From Balamuthia mandrillaris (taxonomy: Eukaryota): a stretch of DNA of 63,757 nucleotides. The translations under genes and the position numbers were made by a program. The stretch spans positions 372,001-435,757 of the forward strand of contig JAVKOQ020000011.1 of the NCBI GenBank assembly GCA_031835245.2, given 5' to 3'. Shown in pieces: positions 40,101 to 53,434 of the stretch (positions are counted from its first letter, which is position 1; each line of letters begins with the position of its first letter). The notes below the pieces were generated by a model. It was not told where the DNA came from. It saw only the letters and a list, made by a program, of their open reading frames with translations, and searched no databases.

Positions 40101-40391
40101 CTGCAATAAATCTCCGTCGGTGAAGTCAGAGCGAGCCAGCTTCTTACCAAAGGAGAAGTAGAGCAGGTCCATAGTGGCATCAGAGAAGACCTCATCAGTA
40201 GGTGCGAAGAGGGTGGTCTCGGCAGTGTCGCTGTTAAGGGCGTCGAGAAGGGGGGCTACGTTGGACACGGCAGCCAAGAATTTGGAATACTCAGGGTCGG
40301 CTTGAAGGGCCTCGAAGAGGGTACCAGCTTGCGCTTGGGCGGCAAAGGCCACAAGCAGCACTGCGGCCAGTGCGAAAAGTGCTCGCGTCAT
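37165..40391 (-). CDS. Type I membrane protein with seven fasciclin (FAS1) domains
   Basis: Signal peptide MTRALFALAAVLLVAFAAQAQA. Seven TxFAP(T/S)xxA-type H1 motifs and NGVxHxxDxV-type H2 motifs. TM helix AIVLIVVGSIILVLVIVGVAGG and a short tail. One intron near 39.96-40.05 kb. Confidence 0.95.
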
Positions 40392-41658
40392 TGTGTTTGT
40401 GTGTGAGGGGAGTGTGTCGAAATGAAATAAATAATAAAAAATCTCGAGAAGAAGAGAGTAGAGGGGGAAAAAAAAGGAGCGTGTAGTGCACAGAGAACTG
40501 GAGAGAAGCTCTGCTTGTGGCGTGAGAAAAAGACAGGAAGGTGGAAGAGTGACCGACGAAAAGAAAAGAAAAGAAAAAGAAGGGACAGAATTTTTCGTTA
40601 TGACGAAAGCTGAGAAAAGTGGGCCGAAAAGGGATTATGGAAAATTACCCCTATGAACCTTTCCTTTTTGTGCGATGAATGGGCGCTTCTCATTGGACGG
40701 GAGGTTCGGAGGAAAAAACACAGAAAGCAGACTACCAATTCAATTGTTCTATGGCGTGGAGCAATTGCCCTCGCTGCGTTTTGTGGTTGACCAGAAATTG
40801 TGCAATGGTTTTATTTGTCGACAATAACAGCGGAAAAGAGGAAGAAAGAACCAAAAGATGTAGCGAGCAGGCGAGATCGTGCCACGCCAAGCGGAGTCGC
40901 CTGTCTACAACTTGTCACCCCATCGTCTATCCAGTTCGTATGAGGCTAAATTCAAAAAATTACCTTTGTTGGTAGCCATGAACCTTCTCCAACTTTTTTT
41001 TTTAAACCAAAATGCCCCTAGCTGAATTGCCGAGGCCTGCAAAAAAAACCAACAAAATCCTTCTCCCCCTTCATCTCTGATTCGCCAGCTTCAGCACGGT
41101 GGACTTATTTTTTGGCGGTTGGTTGTTGTTGTGGTTAAAATATCTCCGGCCAAGGACAACTCTCCCTCGAGAGAGTTGTAGGCCGTTGGCGCCTCCACAC
41201 AACCGCACAAGAGGAAAAAGCCGAGAATAAAGGTGGAAATCTGGCTGAGAGCAAGGAAGAAAGTACCGTATTCTTTTTTGGAGTTTGGTTGGTTTGCAGC
41301 GAACCTTGGCTCCTCCGCCTTCCCCTCCCCTCCCCTCCCCTCCCCTGCTGTGCACCCTCACGCTTAGAGGTGGAGTCAAACTCTCTCTTGCCTCTCTCGC
41401 TCTCCACTCTCTTCTCCTTTGGTTTTGTTGTTTCTCGTTCTGTTCTCGACGTTGTTTACCGGCCCTTTTATTCATTTTTTCTGCTTCTTTCACTCACCGA
41501 CAGACTGTTGGCGGGAGAGAGAAGAAAAAAAATCTGTTCGGATGACCGCTTGTTGCCTCGTCTGATTTAGCTTCATTTAAACAACGAGTCAAGGCAAGTT
41601 TCCAGGCCAAACACGAAAAGAAGAAGGACAGAAAGAAAGAGAACTGAAAGCAGAATGG

Positions 41659-41914
41659 ATGACAGTCAATCCTCCTCAACGGAGCATGCAGGTAGGAAGA
41701 GAGAACGAGGATCCGGCTACAACAGTGGCAGAGCAGAAGACTTGTACTTTTCCCTTCTCCCGAAGATCTTCACTCCCCTTCCCTCCACTAATCTTTTTGT
41801 TGTCCCTCAAAAAAAAAAAACAGCTCCTTTTTTTCGAAGGGGAGCAGCAGCAGCGACTATTTCAATTATGGCAGTGGAAGCAACTTTCAACAGTGGTCCC
41901 CTTATCAGCAGGTG

Positions 41915-41959
<45 letters not shown>

Positions 41960-44709
41960 CCTCTCGCACTCTTCCACTTTTATCCATGGGTTTTATTACG
42001 TAAGAGTGGAAAGCTTTCTTGTAACTATTTTTGTTCTGACCCAAAAAGGAGGAAAGCAGCAAAGGGCAAGGGAGTTCTAGTGGAGGTGATAGACGAGCCG
42101 CAACAGAGGAAACCAACACAACACCTAGCAGCGGCGGCAGCGGCAGCGGCGATACTGAAACTCCGATGTCGCTGTTGATGCCGCTTTTGCCATCAGCAAC
42201 AACAGCAACATCGTCCTCAACAACGACAGAAAGCAATGCACACAGTTATTCTGGTGGCGCTTTCTCTTCCTTGCTCTCTTCTGGACATCTTCCAGGCTTT
42301 GGGGGAAGAGGAGCCTTTTCTTCTCCTTCCTCACAACACTTTCGAGTTCCGCCTTTGATGTCGTATGACACACAACAGCAAAGCGAGTCCAGCACAGCTG
42401 GAATAGGATCAGGAGGAGCCCCTTCCTCCTATTTCGAAGACGAAGAGGACCCCTTGCACCGTCATAAGAATATGCCCTATCGTTTGGGTGACGAACAGCA
42501 GCAGCAGCAGCAACAACAGCAACAGCAACCGATGAGTTTCTCTTCTCTTTTGTCACCTGGAAGCGATAACAAAAGAGAACGCGGCTACTCACCAATGCCG
42601 GCTGGATTCGGTGATGGAGATGAGAACGAAGAAGAGAACGCCGCAAAAAGAAGTCGCACAACGCGCGATTCTTCGACCACAACTTTGCCTTCTTTTCCTT
42701 TGTTTTCTTCGTCGTCCGGGTCGACTGCAATTTCCACACCTTCATTGGCCCACTACCATTGCCCTTCACCTCCGCACTTTCAGTCCTATCCCCACCATTA
42801 TCAGCACACCCACTCACAGCCTCAATCCCAACCGCACCACATTTACTATCCTAACCCTCCCAACTACTATTCTCATCATCATAACTTTTCTTTCCTGGAT
42901 TCCTCCTCTTCCTCCCCCTCCTCCTCCTCATCGTTGCAACAACACCAATCACATTCTACATCAGCGCTACCGCCTTCGTTTTTTTTGCGACCTACCTCTA
43001 CCAGTAGTTCTACCACACAACCAGCTCATTATGCGTCTATAATGGGGCGTGATCGGGCAGCAGCGGAAGATTTTCGAGAAGAACCTTCCTCGCCAACACC
43101 GTCCTCGCCTCCTGTATCTACCCCTCCCAATCACTTCCCAAGCTCAGCTACAACAAGCAGCGGTATGTTGACAGCTTCTCCTCCTGCTTCAACGGGCAAT
43201 ACCTTCACAGCATCAACTACAACGTCAGGCCTGCCATTTCCGTATCTCAGCCCTTATTCTTCCTCTTCTTCTTCCGCCTCTTCGCGATCGTATCTCCCCA
43301 CAGCTAGCAACAATCTGCCGACAAGTGGCGGCGGTGGTTTCTCATCATTTTTTCCTTCTTTGGCGACATCTCAACAACGTAGTTGGTCAGCGGAAAGAGG
43401 TGAGGTTGATGTAGGTTCGCTAGCAGGTTTAACTGGAGGGGGTCCTCCTGGCTCTGTGGAACGGCCTTCTCCAGCAGTCGATGAAGACTACCTTCCATTT
43501 CGGCAGCCACTGTCATTCGAGTCTCTGCAACAGCGTTCAGCCTCACCAACAACAACCACTACAACCCTTCCCCCACCATTTCCGCTTCCCTCTTCCACAT
43601 TTGAATCTGCTGCTGCCAACAATGCCTTCATAAATAGCGCTCCTCCTTCTATGATGTCCATGATGATGATGAGGGGAGCTGGTGTTCCAAGTGGTGGCGT
43701 GATGACTGAAGCATCCTACGCCCAAGACAAAAGAAGAGGAGCAATACCCGTTGATTCCTTCCTTTATGGCGGCGGTGGCGGTGGCGGTGGCGGTGGCGGT
43801 GGTCCACCAGCCTACTTTGGGCACCCTCCCCCCTCCGCTTCTTCTTTCATTGGAAGATCGTTGTCAAGCTGCCTTCCACTACCCAACTCTGCTTCATCAA
43901 CAGATGGTTCCGCTAATTTCTCTTCGCCACCGTCGTCTGCCGCATCACCTCCTCTCTCTGCCCCACCATCTTCTCGCCCCCTACTGCCACCACCTCGAAG
44001 ACGAGATACAACAGCAGATGCTGCCACTGGCAAGCGCAAAGCAAGGGATAAGCGAGGCCGTACTAAGAAGAAAAGGACTAAGAGAGAAGGGGAGAGCTCA
44101 AAGTCGGATAGCGACGCGCAGCAAGCTGACCTCAGTCTTCCCAGCAGCATCCTGTCTGCTCTGTACGACGAGAATTGGACGCAAGTCAGCAGCTTCTTGG
44201 TGGAAAATACTTGCTTGATGCCTTCCTCCCAAAGCAAGCTGGAACGCGTGCTGTCCATCAGTGAGGAGGAACGGATGAAGATCCAAGAGAACGTCGTACC
44301 GATGTGCTGCCTCAACAACGACAACAACGGCGACCAAACCGATGGGCAAGATAGCTGCGTTCATCGAAGAGAAGGCCTCGGCGAGACCACCCAAGGCCAA
44401 GCCAAGAAAGGCTACTTGGGAGATGATAGCGACTGCTGCTTGTTATGGAAAGGTCCCTTCCGCAAGTCCAAGGGCCGAAAGTATCCCATCCGAAGCTATC
44501 CGAAGCTCGACCTGCACAACATCTCCGTTATAATGCTTCTTCTATGTTGGCGCTTCCCTGAGCAAGCCAAACAATGGAACTTTTTCAGTCCATCAGCACG
44601 GCGAATCGTGGCAAACACTTGTGGCCACACAAGCTGCGTTAATTACAAGCACTGTCGCATCAAAGGCGTCTTTGAAAATGGTGCTTTCTTGCCTGCTGGC
44701 CCCAAGTAG
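41659..44709 (+). CDS. Low-complexity (S/P/Q/H-rich) nuclear-like protein with C-terminal His-Me finger / homing-endonuclease Zn-loop-like domain
   Basis: Short exon 1 (MTVNPPQRSMQ) spliced in phase 0 (intron 41692-42048) to a long open exon. Basic stretch KRKARDKRGRTKKKRTKR. C-terminal CLLWKG..YP..IVANTCGHTSCVNYKHC. Confidence 0.7.
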
Positions 44710-44737
44710 GCCAGCCTCTTTTTGTTGTTTGTTCCTG

Positions 44738-44848
44738 CTCTCTCCCTCTCTCTCTCCCTCTCTCCCTCTCTCCCTCTCTCCCTCTCTCCCTCTCTCCTCT
44801 CTCCCTCTCTCCCTCTCTCCCTCTCTCCCTCTCTCTCTCTCTCTCTCC
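44738..44848. repeat. (CTCTCTCC)n polypyrimidine tract between convergent 3' ends
   Basis: Directly visible; a similar purine/pyrimidine tract lies at 28957-29055. Confidence 0.9.
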
Positions 44849-44974
44849 TGTATCATCTGTAAATAGGCAACTCATTTATCACACACGTATGCACATATGT
44901 ACAATATAAAGACTCAAAAGTACTATTTCTGTGTAGCAACAATAATTTAAACCAAGAAATATTTTAAATTTTTA

Positions 44975-47900
44975 TCAATACTGAGACGATGCAGGGGCGG
45001 AGGAAGAAGGTTCAGCTTTGATGGGAGACGGAGAAGCAGTCGGCGTTGTTGATGAAAAGATGATTCCTGTCGATTGGAATGAAGGTATGTGCATGGTGCC
45101 AACGCGGAGGAGAATAGGTTGTAGAGCTCGTCTTATCTCCTGGCGGTCGCTAATCAGCAGCTCCACCAATAGCTGGTAGAAAATAGGGAGAAATCGGTCA
45201 AACTGTTCATCTCCAAGCCGCAAAAGCCCCTCCAAGAACTGCACCACAAGCCCCACTTTGGCGTGAGCATAACTAGAGGATGAATTCAGCGCAGTATCCC
45301 TAAATTCTTGAATGAAGGCCAGTGCAGTTCTTTTTAGGCAAAAGAGAGCGAGAGAGAACCTTTAGCTGACAAGAAAAAAAAAAAGAAAGGAGGAACGGAG
45401 TGTGTAATAACCTTATTAATTTCTCCTCGCCTATATCCCTTCGTTCAGCAGTTCGCTCATTTACCAGTCGGAACAGTACACGGAAGATGCAACTCAGCGA
45501 AGAGATTTCAATTTTGATAATGCGAGCCATAACTCCTGTGAAAAGAGGGAAATGAACACCAAAACAAAAAAATGATGCAACAATAGGCACACGGAATTTA
45601 CCAGTAGGACCAAGCGATTTTCGGAGACGAGGATCATTATTTGCCTGGTAAGCAAAGGTGTAAGCCTCCTCCATGGCACCCAGTAACGTGAGGATGTTTT
45701 GAGCAGACAGACGCTCATAGTGTTCAAAAATAAGGTCATTCAAGGAGGTCATCAGCAACAGATGTATCGCACATTTGCCGTTCACCACGCTGAAAGAGAA
45801 GGAACCGGGAGGCTTGTGTGGAGTTGCACGCAAAAGCTTGATTCGGGCTGCTTCTTCTGGAGTAGCTGCTGCGTCTGGTGTGGCAATGTCCAGCTCTTCA
45901 CCCTCCTCCACCACTTCTAACGTCGTAGTTGTGCCTTGCAACCTGGATGTTTTGTGCGTGCTTTTATCAAACTCTTCCTGTTGCAGGGCCAACATCTTTC
46001 GCTCTCGCGCTTTTCTTCTTCCTGAAGCACTCATGTTTCCTCCTGCTGCTGGTGGGTGCTGTCCGTTCTCCTCTTCAGGGCCATTGGTGGTTGATCTTCG
46101 GGAGGCCTTTCCGCCGTTGCCTCTTCTGCGAGGAAGGGAAGAAACTTTCTTTGGAGGAACATAGCTAAATACTTCGGAGGGCGTGTTCTGATGAACAACA
46201 TGCACAAGTGTGGAACATACTATGTTCCACATGAAAGCATCGAAGCGGTGGCCGTCTCGCATAATGAGCAGTTGAAGACAATGACATCCAATTTCTGCCA
46301 AGTTTTCCGTATCTACGTTTGAAGATTTGTTGTTAAAAAAACTTATGTGCTATTCCAAAGGCAAGGCAGAAAAAAAAAAAGGAAACAATAATTTTAAAAA
46401 AAAGGAGGGCGAGAAGAGAAAGACAATAAACGCGAACCTTGCATGATGAAGCTTGCCAATAACACGAGAATTTCATCAAGCAAAAATGAAAGCTTGTTGA
46501 AGAAATAGGATAGAAGGTCGACTGTAGATTGGGTGGCGTTCAGACACGTTGTAGTGATCCAAATGTTGTCTTGCTGTAAACAGGGAGAAACAAAACATAA
46601 CAAAAAAAAAAGGTCAGCTTAAAACTTCGAGGGCGTCAGCTATTCAATTACTCTTACCTCGTCGATTTGGCTGGGCTCATTTGCAATTACACGAACACCA
46701 ATGAAGATAGGTAATATCACACCTCTGAATATAAGGTCCCACAGTTGGGTGTTAAAGTTTATGCCATATTCTTTTAGCACATGAAATAGTTGCTCCAGAG
46801 CACTACAAGGTTGATGAAAGGAGAACAAAGAGGATCAGCAAGGAGAGAAGAAGAACAAGAAAAAACAAAAATGAAGAGGAACATACACGGTGCGGACATC
46901 GATGTGAGGATGACCAACAATTTCTGAGAAACCAGTTAACACTGGAAACCAGTATTTTATGCGAGCATCATTATTAGGGTAATGCTCAGATGAATCTGAT
47001 GCGGCTTCATCTTCCTCCACGTCTTTATGGCCTTTCTCTTTGCCTTTGTCCTTCTCCATATGACAGACAGTGCCCTGTGCAAGTTCTCTAGAGCAAAATA
47101 CCAACGAGTCTATTGCCTTCAAACTTTAAAACACAGTGAGTCGAAGCTGCAAACCTTGAAGAAGAATACTAAAAGGATGGACCATAAAAAGCTGGTAATA
47201 CCTTATGTCTTTGAACAAATTGCTTTTGCCGAAAGAAACAAGGCAATTCACACACTCCACGAAGAAGGAATCCGCTGTGTACTCAAAGTACTTCTTCATT
47301 ATCTCTTCCACAACTTCAAATGCTAGTTGCACGATTTTTTCTTGAGGAATCAGGAATGACAGGTAAGTTGCACGTTGGTGACAAATAGCAAAAGCTAACA
47401 ACGCTTACCATCCCGATCGTTAGCGGCACATGAAAGGATCACAAAAATGCTCTTCCATCCAGATTTTATATTGTCAGCCCTGGACCGGATCATAATCGAG
47501 AGACATTGAATAATCTTATAGATAATATTATGATTAGATGGTATTCATGATAGGTAAGGACGAGAGAGAGAGAGAGAGCGAGAGAATGCGAGAGGAAGAG
47601 ATGTGTCTCAGAGTAACTATAACAGTTGAAAAATCATGACGTTTGTACAAGGTCTACTGCCTCGAAAACCGAGGCGGTAGGAGAGTACGTCAACGCCCAA
47701 AAACTTGGGACAACTTGGTGTTCACATCGTCGACAATCACAAAACATGCACAGCGAAGGAGAGGAGAGGAGAGGAGAGGAGAGGAGAGGAGAGGAATTAG
47801 TGACAAACCATATCACGAGTGTCAAGAGCCACTGGCGGATTGTGAGTAATGATATTTTCAAATGGCTTCAAAAAGTCTTTCTGAAACTGAAAGTTGGCCA

Positions 47901-50900
47901 ATTCGGTTTTTGCCAAGAACCTCATGGCAAGCTGCTTCAGCGAGTTGATGGCGTAGATGGCGATATACAAGTTTTGATGGCAACCCACCTGTAATACATT
48001 AATAGCATACAAACCCAAAAAAAAAAAAAGCGATGAGAACTTGTGCCAAGAAGCCAAAAAAAAAAAAAAAAGGAGAACAAAACCTGCTCCATGTGCTTGC
48101 CCATGACAGCCCATATCCTTGACCATACTATACGAATACGACCCATGTTATAATGGGCCACTTCAACTAGTTTTTGGAGGCTGAACATGCGTGGGTTGGC
48201 TGACTCTATCTCGTCCCATGAAACATCACACAAGCACTGCACAAAGTCTACAATAGCATTCTACAGGTGTGGTAGATCATTATTCGCATGAGTAATTAGT
48301 AAGCTGTCGAGGTTGATGGCTAGTAAAAATATAATCGGAAGGATAGATAACGTACGTCGCTTAATCTAGCACTGTCTGTAAAGACCCGATCAATGGCAAT
48401 ATCCTCTATTTCTTTGGCAAGAGTGGCGGCCTCTTCCACCGAATTGAATTGTTCCCTCAAGTTCTGTATGTTGAGACAATATAGCGGCACGTCTATCAGA
48501 AATGAAGAGCTGCCTTCCAAGGCTCAAAACAAACAACAAGAAAAAGCCATCAAAACAGAAATTGCATGGGATGAGGGATGCGCACCATTGAAACGCGAGG
48601 CTTAGAAGGTTTATCTTGGTCATTTTTTGCTTGCCTAAAAACGTCTAGTGATTGGCGGGCATCGCCTACAAATTGACGAATGTTGCTGGCGCTGAGGCTG
48701 ACTGCATTTTCTGTCGGTTCCAAATGAAGCATTTGATCCAATTTTGAAATGCAATGTAGCACCTCTCTCCAAGAGTCCTAATAATAATAATAATAAAAGA
48801 AACAAGATTGATTTTTAGTAGCCGGCCAAGCTAACGTTGTTCACTAAAAGGGAAGAGAGACAAATGCAAATAGATCGATAGCGTAGAGAGAAAGCGAACC
48901 TGCAGAAAATCGCCTTCCGTGTGGGCAATAGTGATGAGAGTTTTGATGCTGGCGATGTTCTTGTGTCGGATCTCTTTAACGCTGGTAAGATGAGTAAACT
49001 TGGCAAGGGAAGAGACGAACGTGTTGCGGACGGTCTCCATGTAGAAGATGGCGCTAACGTGGATGGCACACTTGAAGCCCAACAAGCACAAATCGATGAT
49101 TTTGTTATCTTCGGAAGTCTCGAGAAGAACGCTGAACGCGGCGAGCATTGGGCACCACGAGACCTCGAACATGGGGCGGACTGGTTTGACGTCTATGGCC
49201 TTCTCGTATGTGCTCTTTTGGTTGAGCTTTTTCTTTAGCAGTTGTTGCACTCTCTTCGCCATCGACTTGCTTTCAAAGATCCAGCGCAGCTCTTTCTGTT
49301 TGGGGTTCAGGGGGCCTTCTTCCGTGGTGGCTTCGTCATCAGGGGCGAGCTTGAAGGGAGTGGCAGCCAGACGATCGTAAATCTCGTCTTGGAATTCACC
49401 AGGCAGATCCTTGCTGTCGTTGAGGTTCTCGTGGTTTTTCTTCCATTGCTCTTTGGTAATTTTCTTGGTGATGCTAGGACTGTGAAGGTCAGTAGCTAAC
49501 ATTATCATGCTGTACGAGAAGAGATAGGCAGCATTGGCAGACGCGAAAATGGTATCAGGATTATCCTCAATATATCTGGAAGCAAATTTTTCCACTATTC
49601 TGTCGATTTGTTGCCCTTCTCCTGGTAGACGGAAGCCATACAAGTATTGTCTGAAGAAGAAGACGAGATTACATAATGGACATATAATCATTCATATGGT
49701 TAGGGCAACTTTTAGTTAAAAAGATGTAAAAATATCAATCCTCTGCCTTACCTAAGTGCAAGGTCAATAGGAAGTCCTGATAAGGTCATCAAGTCGGTGT
49801 ATGCATATAGCACCAGTTTGTTGAACTCTCCATTTTTGCTGTATATTAAAGCCGTCAAACATACCATTATCAGCAAGCGCTTCATTATCAAAAATAAACG
49901 AGGAGCGAATATAGCCTGATACTTACATTTTGCCAAAGTATTGTCCGATTTGATATTTGTCCAACTTTTCGTTATTTTCCTTCAAAAACTTGGCAACACT
50001 TTCGGGGGTATGTTCCAGTATGCCGGCTGCTTCCAGGTATTGTATACCCTGATGCATCAAGTTTGGTAGGGATGAAGGAATTGGTGAAGTTAGGGACTCA
50101 TTTTGTCCAAAAAAAAAAAAAAAAGAAAAAACGGTGTACTTGTTACCTTTGTTGGATTTATGTTAAACTTTTCGATACCTTCTTGCAATTGTTGCTTCAA
50201 TTGCTTTTTCTTTTCAAAGTCGTCAGTTGGGGTAGGAAGAGGAAGGTCCTCCGTTGCTTTGTCACTCTCTTTATAATGTATAACCGAATACAAAATAAAT
50301 AAATAAATAATTATTAGAGCGACAGCAAATGAGTAAGAGCTGGAGATGAGATCATTTTAAATACCTTCAGAAGGTTCCTCTCCTTCGTTTGGCTTCATAA
50401 TTTCTTTGCTCCAGTTTACCATCGACTTCATGATAGTAACGAGACATTCAAGCCCCAACGTCTTTAGTGCATTACCTTGTGTAGGAGATGGAGCCGTCCA
50501 GCTGTCTGGTCTGGCTACTGTACCTTTTGCAATGCTCGATAGATCGTTTACCATTCTGCATGATAAAGACACATACAAGCCATTTGCAGTTAGACTTACT
50601 CAGCGGAGAAAGAAACGACAAGAAACGGAGAAGAAAAATAGGACAAACAAAAGAAACAGCGAGAAAGATATTTACCGGCCAAACACGTCCTGAGAGTCGA
50701 GGCTGCAGTCGTAATTAAGGAAAATATCGACCAAGGTCTGGGGGTTATTGCACACTTTGAGCAACGCTTGCAAAACCATTGCCTTTTGCTTTGTGGTGCT
50801 GTTGTTGCTCTCTAGCACTTTCAGAAAAATACGTGTAAAGTATATACCAATCTCTTCCTGCACAGTTTAAAATGGTTGCAGTTGGTAACGAGAGAGCGTT

Positions 50901-51216
50901 AGAGAAGAGGGAGCGAGAGAAGAGTCAAAGAGAAACACGTGCCTTTAGATAATCTTTAAAGTGGTTGATCAACGCAATGAAAATGTCAAGCGAGAGACCA
51001 AAAATGTGAGGAACAGGCGAGGTGGCGTTGGTTCCAATGGACGGGCATAGATATTTCTTGATAGCGGTATTGATAAATTTCACCTGTGTTCTGAATACAG
51101 GGCCTGCTTTCTCCAAAATGCCTAATAACAGCTCTAAAGACAACGTCTTGCTGCGCATTTCTAGCGACTCCGGCAAACAACTATCACATTTGTTAGCAAT
51201 CTGGTACAGTCCTTGC

Positions 51217-51260
<44 letters not shown>

Positions 51261-52954
51261 AAAGCTAAGAAGAAAAACGTAAACATACCCATCTGGTAGT
51301 TCTTTGTTGGAGAGCTTGCACAAGCTTCTAAAAATAAGGAAGCAGTCCGTAAAAGCAACGCTATTTGTGGATTTTCTACGGTGATGTAGCAAACGTTACA
51401 AACAAAAATTTTTTGGGAGATATATTATCAAAATGACGTACGTCGGTTGGGCTGCACCGGAAGTTCCATTCGGGAGAGATGCAGCAGAATTCTTTTCGCC
51501 ATCCGTAGTAGCTAGTGCTTGTTCACCTGGTGCATCAGCTTCTGCAGGAGCGACATGTTTTTCTTCTTCACTACTGTGGTCACTGCCACTACCCTCGCCG
51601 CCATTACTATCACCATTACCAGCTACAACTACAGCCTCCCCATTTGACTCAGGCAGAAGAGTGGGCTGAAGACTTTGCTGTCCCTGAATACATCAACCAA
51701 GGAAAAAAACTCGGGTGAGAAGGAAACGACATAGCAGAAACACCAAGATACGATAAAGAAAGAACGAAAGCAAAGAAACCAAACGACAGACGTGAACAAG
51801 AACAAGACGGACAAGAAGAAAGGATTAAAAAAAAAGAAAGCTACAAGAAAGAAACGACAAGAAAGAAAGAAAAAAAAAAAGCAAGAAAAAAAAAAAAAGA
51901 GAAAGCGACTAGAAAGAAACGACAAGAAAGAAATCGTTACCTCACTTCTTTCCATGCGTTGAAAAATGACATCCAACATTTGGTCCAAAGTGGCTTTGGC
52001 AGTAACTTGGTTGATGGTGTTTTGGCTGACGAGATAAATATTGTAGCAGGTACGCACAGAAGCCATAAGAGCACTGTCATGAAGCTCGCAGGAGGACTCA
52101 GCCACAGCCGTTAACAAGGCCTTCAAGATCTGGAGCTGAACGCTGTCGTAGCCGAGGTCGAAGCAGGCGCTGATGGTGTCCACTATCACTTCGATCAACT
52201 TCTTCTGAGAGGGTAGATGTGCCGCGTTTCCTCTGATGTAGCCGTATACCATCATTTTCTGTTTGCGGTAATAACAAAAGCATATCACAACAAACCAACA
52301 AAATCAATCAAAGACAAAACCAGGTTTTCTTTCGGTGAGCAACCATTTCAGTTGAGAAGGCTTTTTTTTTTTGTCTTTAGGATGTTTGGTACCTGAAAGC
52401 AGTCGAGAGCAAGGCAAACGATGGAACTCTGCCGCGAGAGGCATGCTGTTTGGAGTAGGGTGACCAGCTTTCCAGCAGTTTTATCTAGCTTCTGTAGTTC
52501 CGTCTCCGAGGTGTTCTCCGCTTTTTTTTCACTGAGGAGGGCGAGGACCAACCCCCAATGTTACGTAAGTGAGAAAAGAGATGTGTTGCTCGTAAAGAAA
52601 ACAAGGAGAGAGGACTCAAGGAGAATCCAAAAGGGTACTTACATTGACGTCAGAAACTGGGAGTACTTACTCAAAATCTCTGTAGTAATTGTTTTCAAAA
52701 AGGTTTTTTTTTTAAAAAAAAAGAGAGCACAAAAAGGGGGAAGTATAAGTGAGGAGCCACGCACTGTGTGCCTTCTTGCAAGCACGCTGCAAGTTTGCAT
52801 CTTTCTTTGGGCACTGCTCAGATATCTGAGAGAAGGCTTTGTTGAGGAACATAAAGCAGCCTTGCTGGTTGGCTATGGTTTGTAGAGAGTCTACTCGTTT
52901 CAAGCGCTGGCTGCCATTGCCCTCTGCAGAAGCCTTTCGCTCGATCGAAGACAT
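44975..52954 (-). CDS. Brefeldin A-inhibited large Arf-GEF (BIG1/BIG2/Sec7 family); many exons
   Basis: DCB motif [11 protein letters not shown] motif IFLNYDC, Sec7 catalytic loop [18 protein letters not shown] and [15 protein letters not shown] motifs [42 protein letters not shown]. Confidence 0.96.
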
Positions 52955-53434
52955 TGGCCTTTTTGTTTGTGGTACGTCTGCTGTCTCTACTTCTTCTTCT
53001 TCTCCTCCTCCTCCTCCTCCTCTCCTATATACAACAGAAGAAGAAACGCGGCGAGGAGGTAAGGCGTCCAACAACAACAACAACAACAACAACAACAAAA
53101 AAGAAGTTCCTTTTCCTTTTCTTTGTTGTTTTTTCTTTGTTGTTTTTGTGGCCCACAAAAACAAGCCCGTTGAGAACGAAAAAAATATACGCGCTCATCC
53201 TTTTTGTGCCGACGGGGATTTTGTCGACATTAGATCTTGCATCGATCTTGCCGGAGAAGAGAGAGTACACCCCCCAACATTCGATAAAGGCATGCTTTCG
53301 GTCCAGGTTGCTGCAGTCCTGCCATTCGCTGTAGCGCCGCAGGGTAGACTTTTCCCACCGAGACAAAGGGAAAAAAGCGTTACGTGTTATCTGTTAACCT
53401 CTCTTTTATTTTTGTTTTTACACTTTACCATGCT

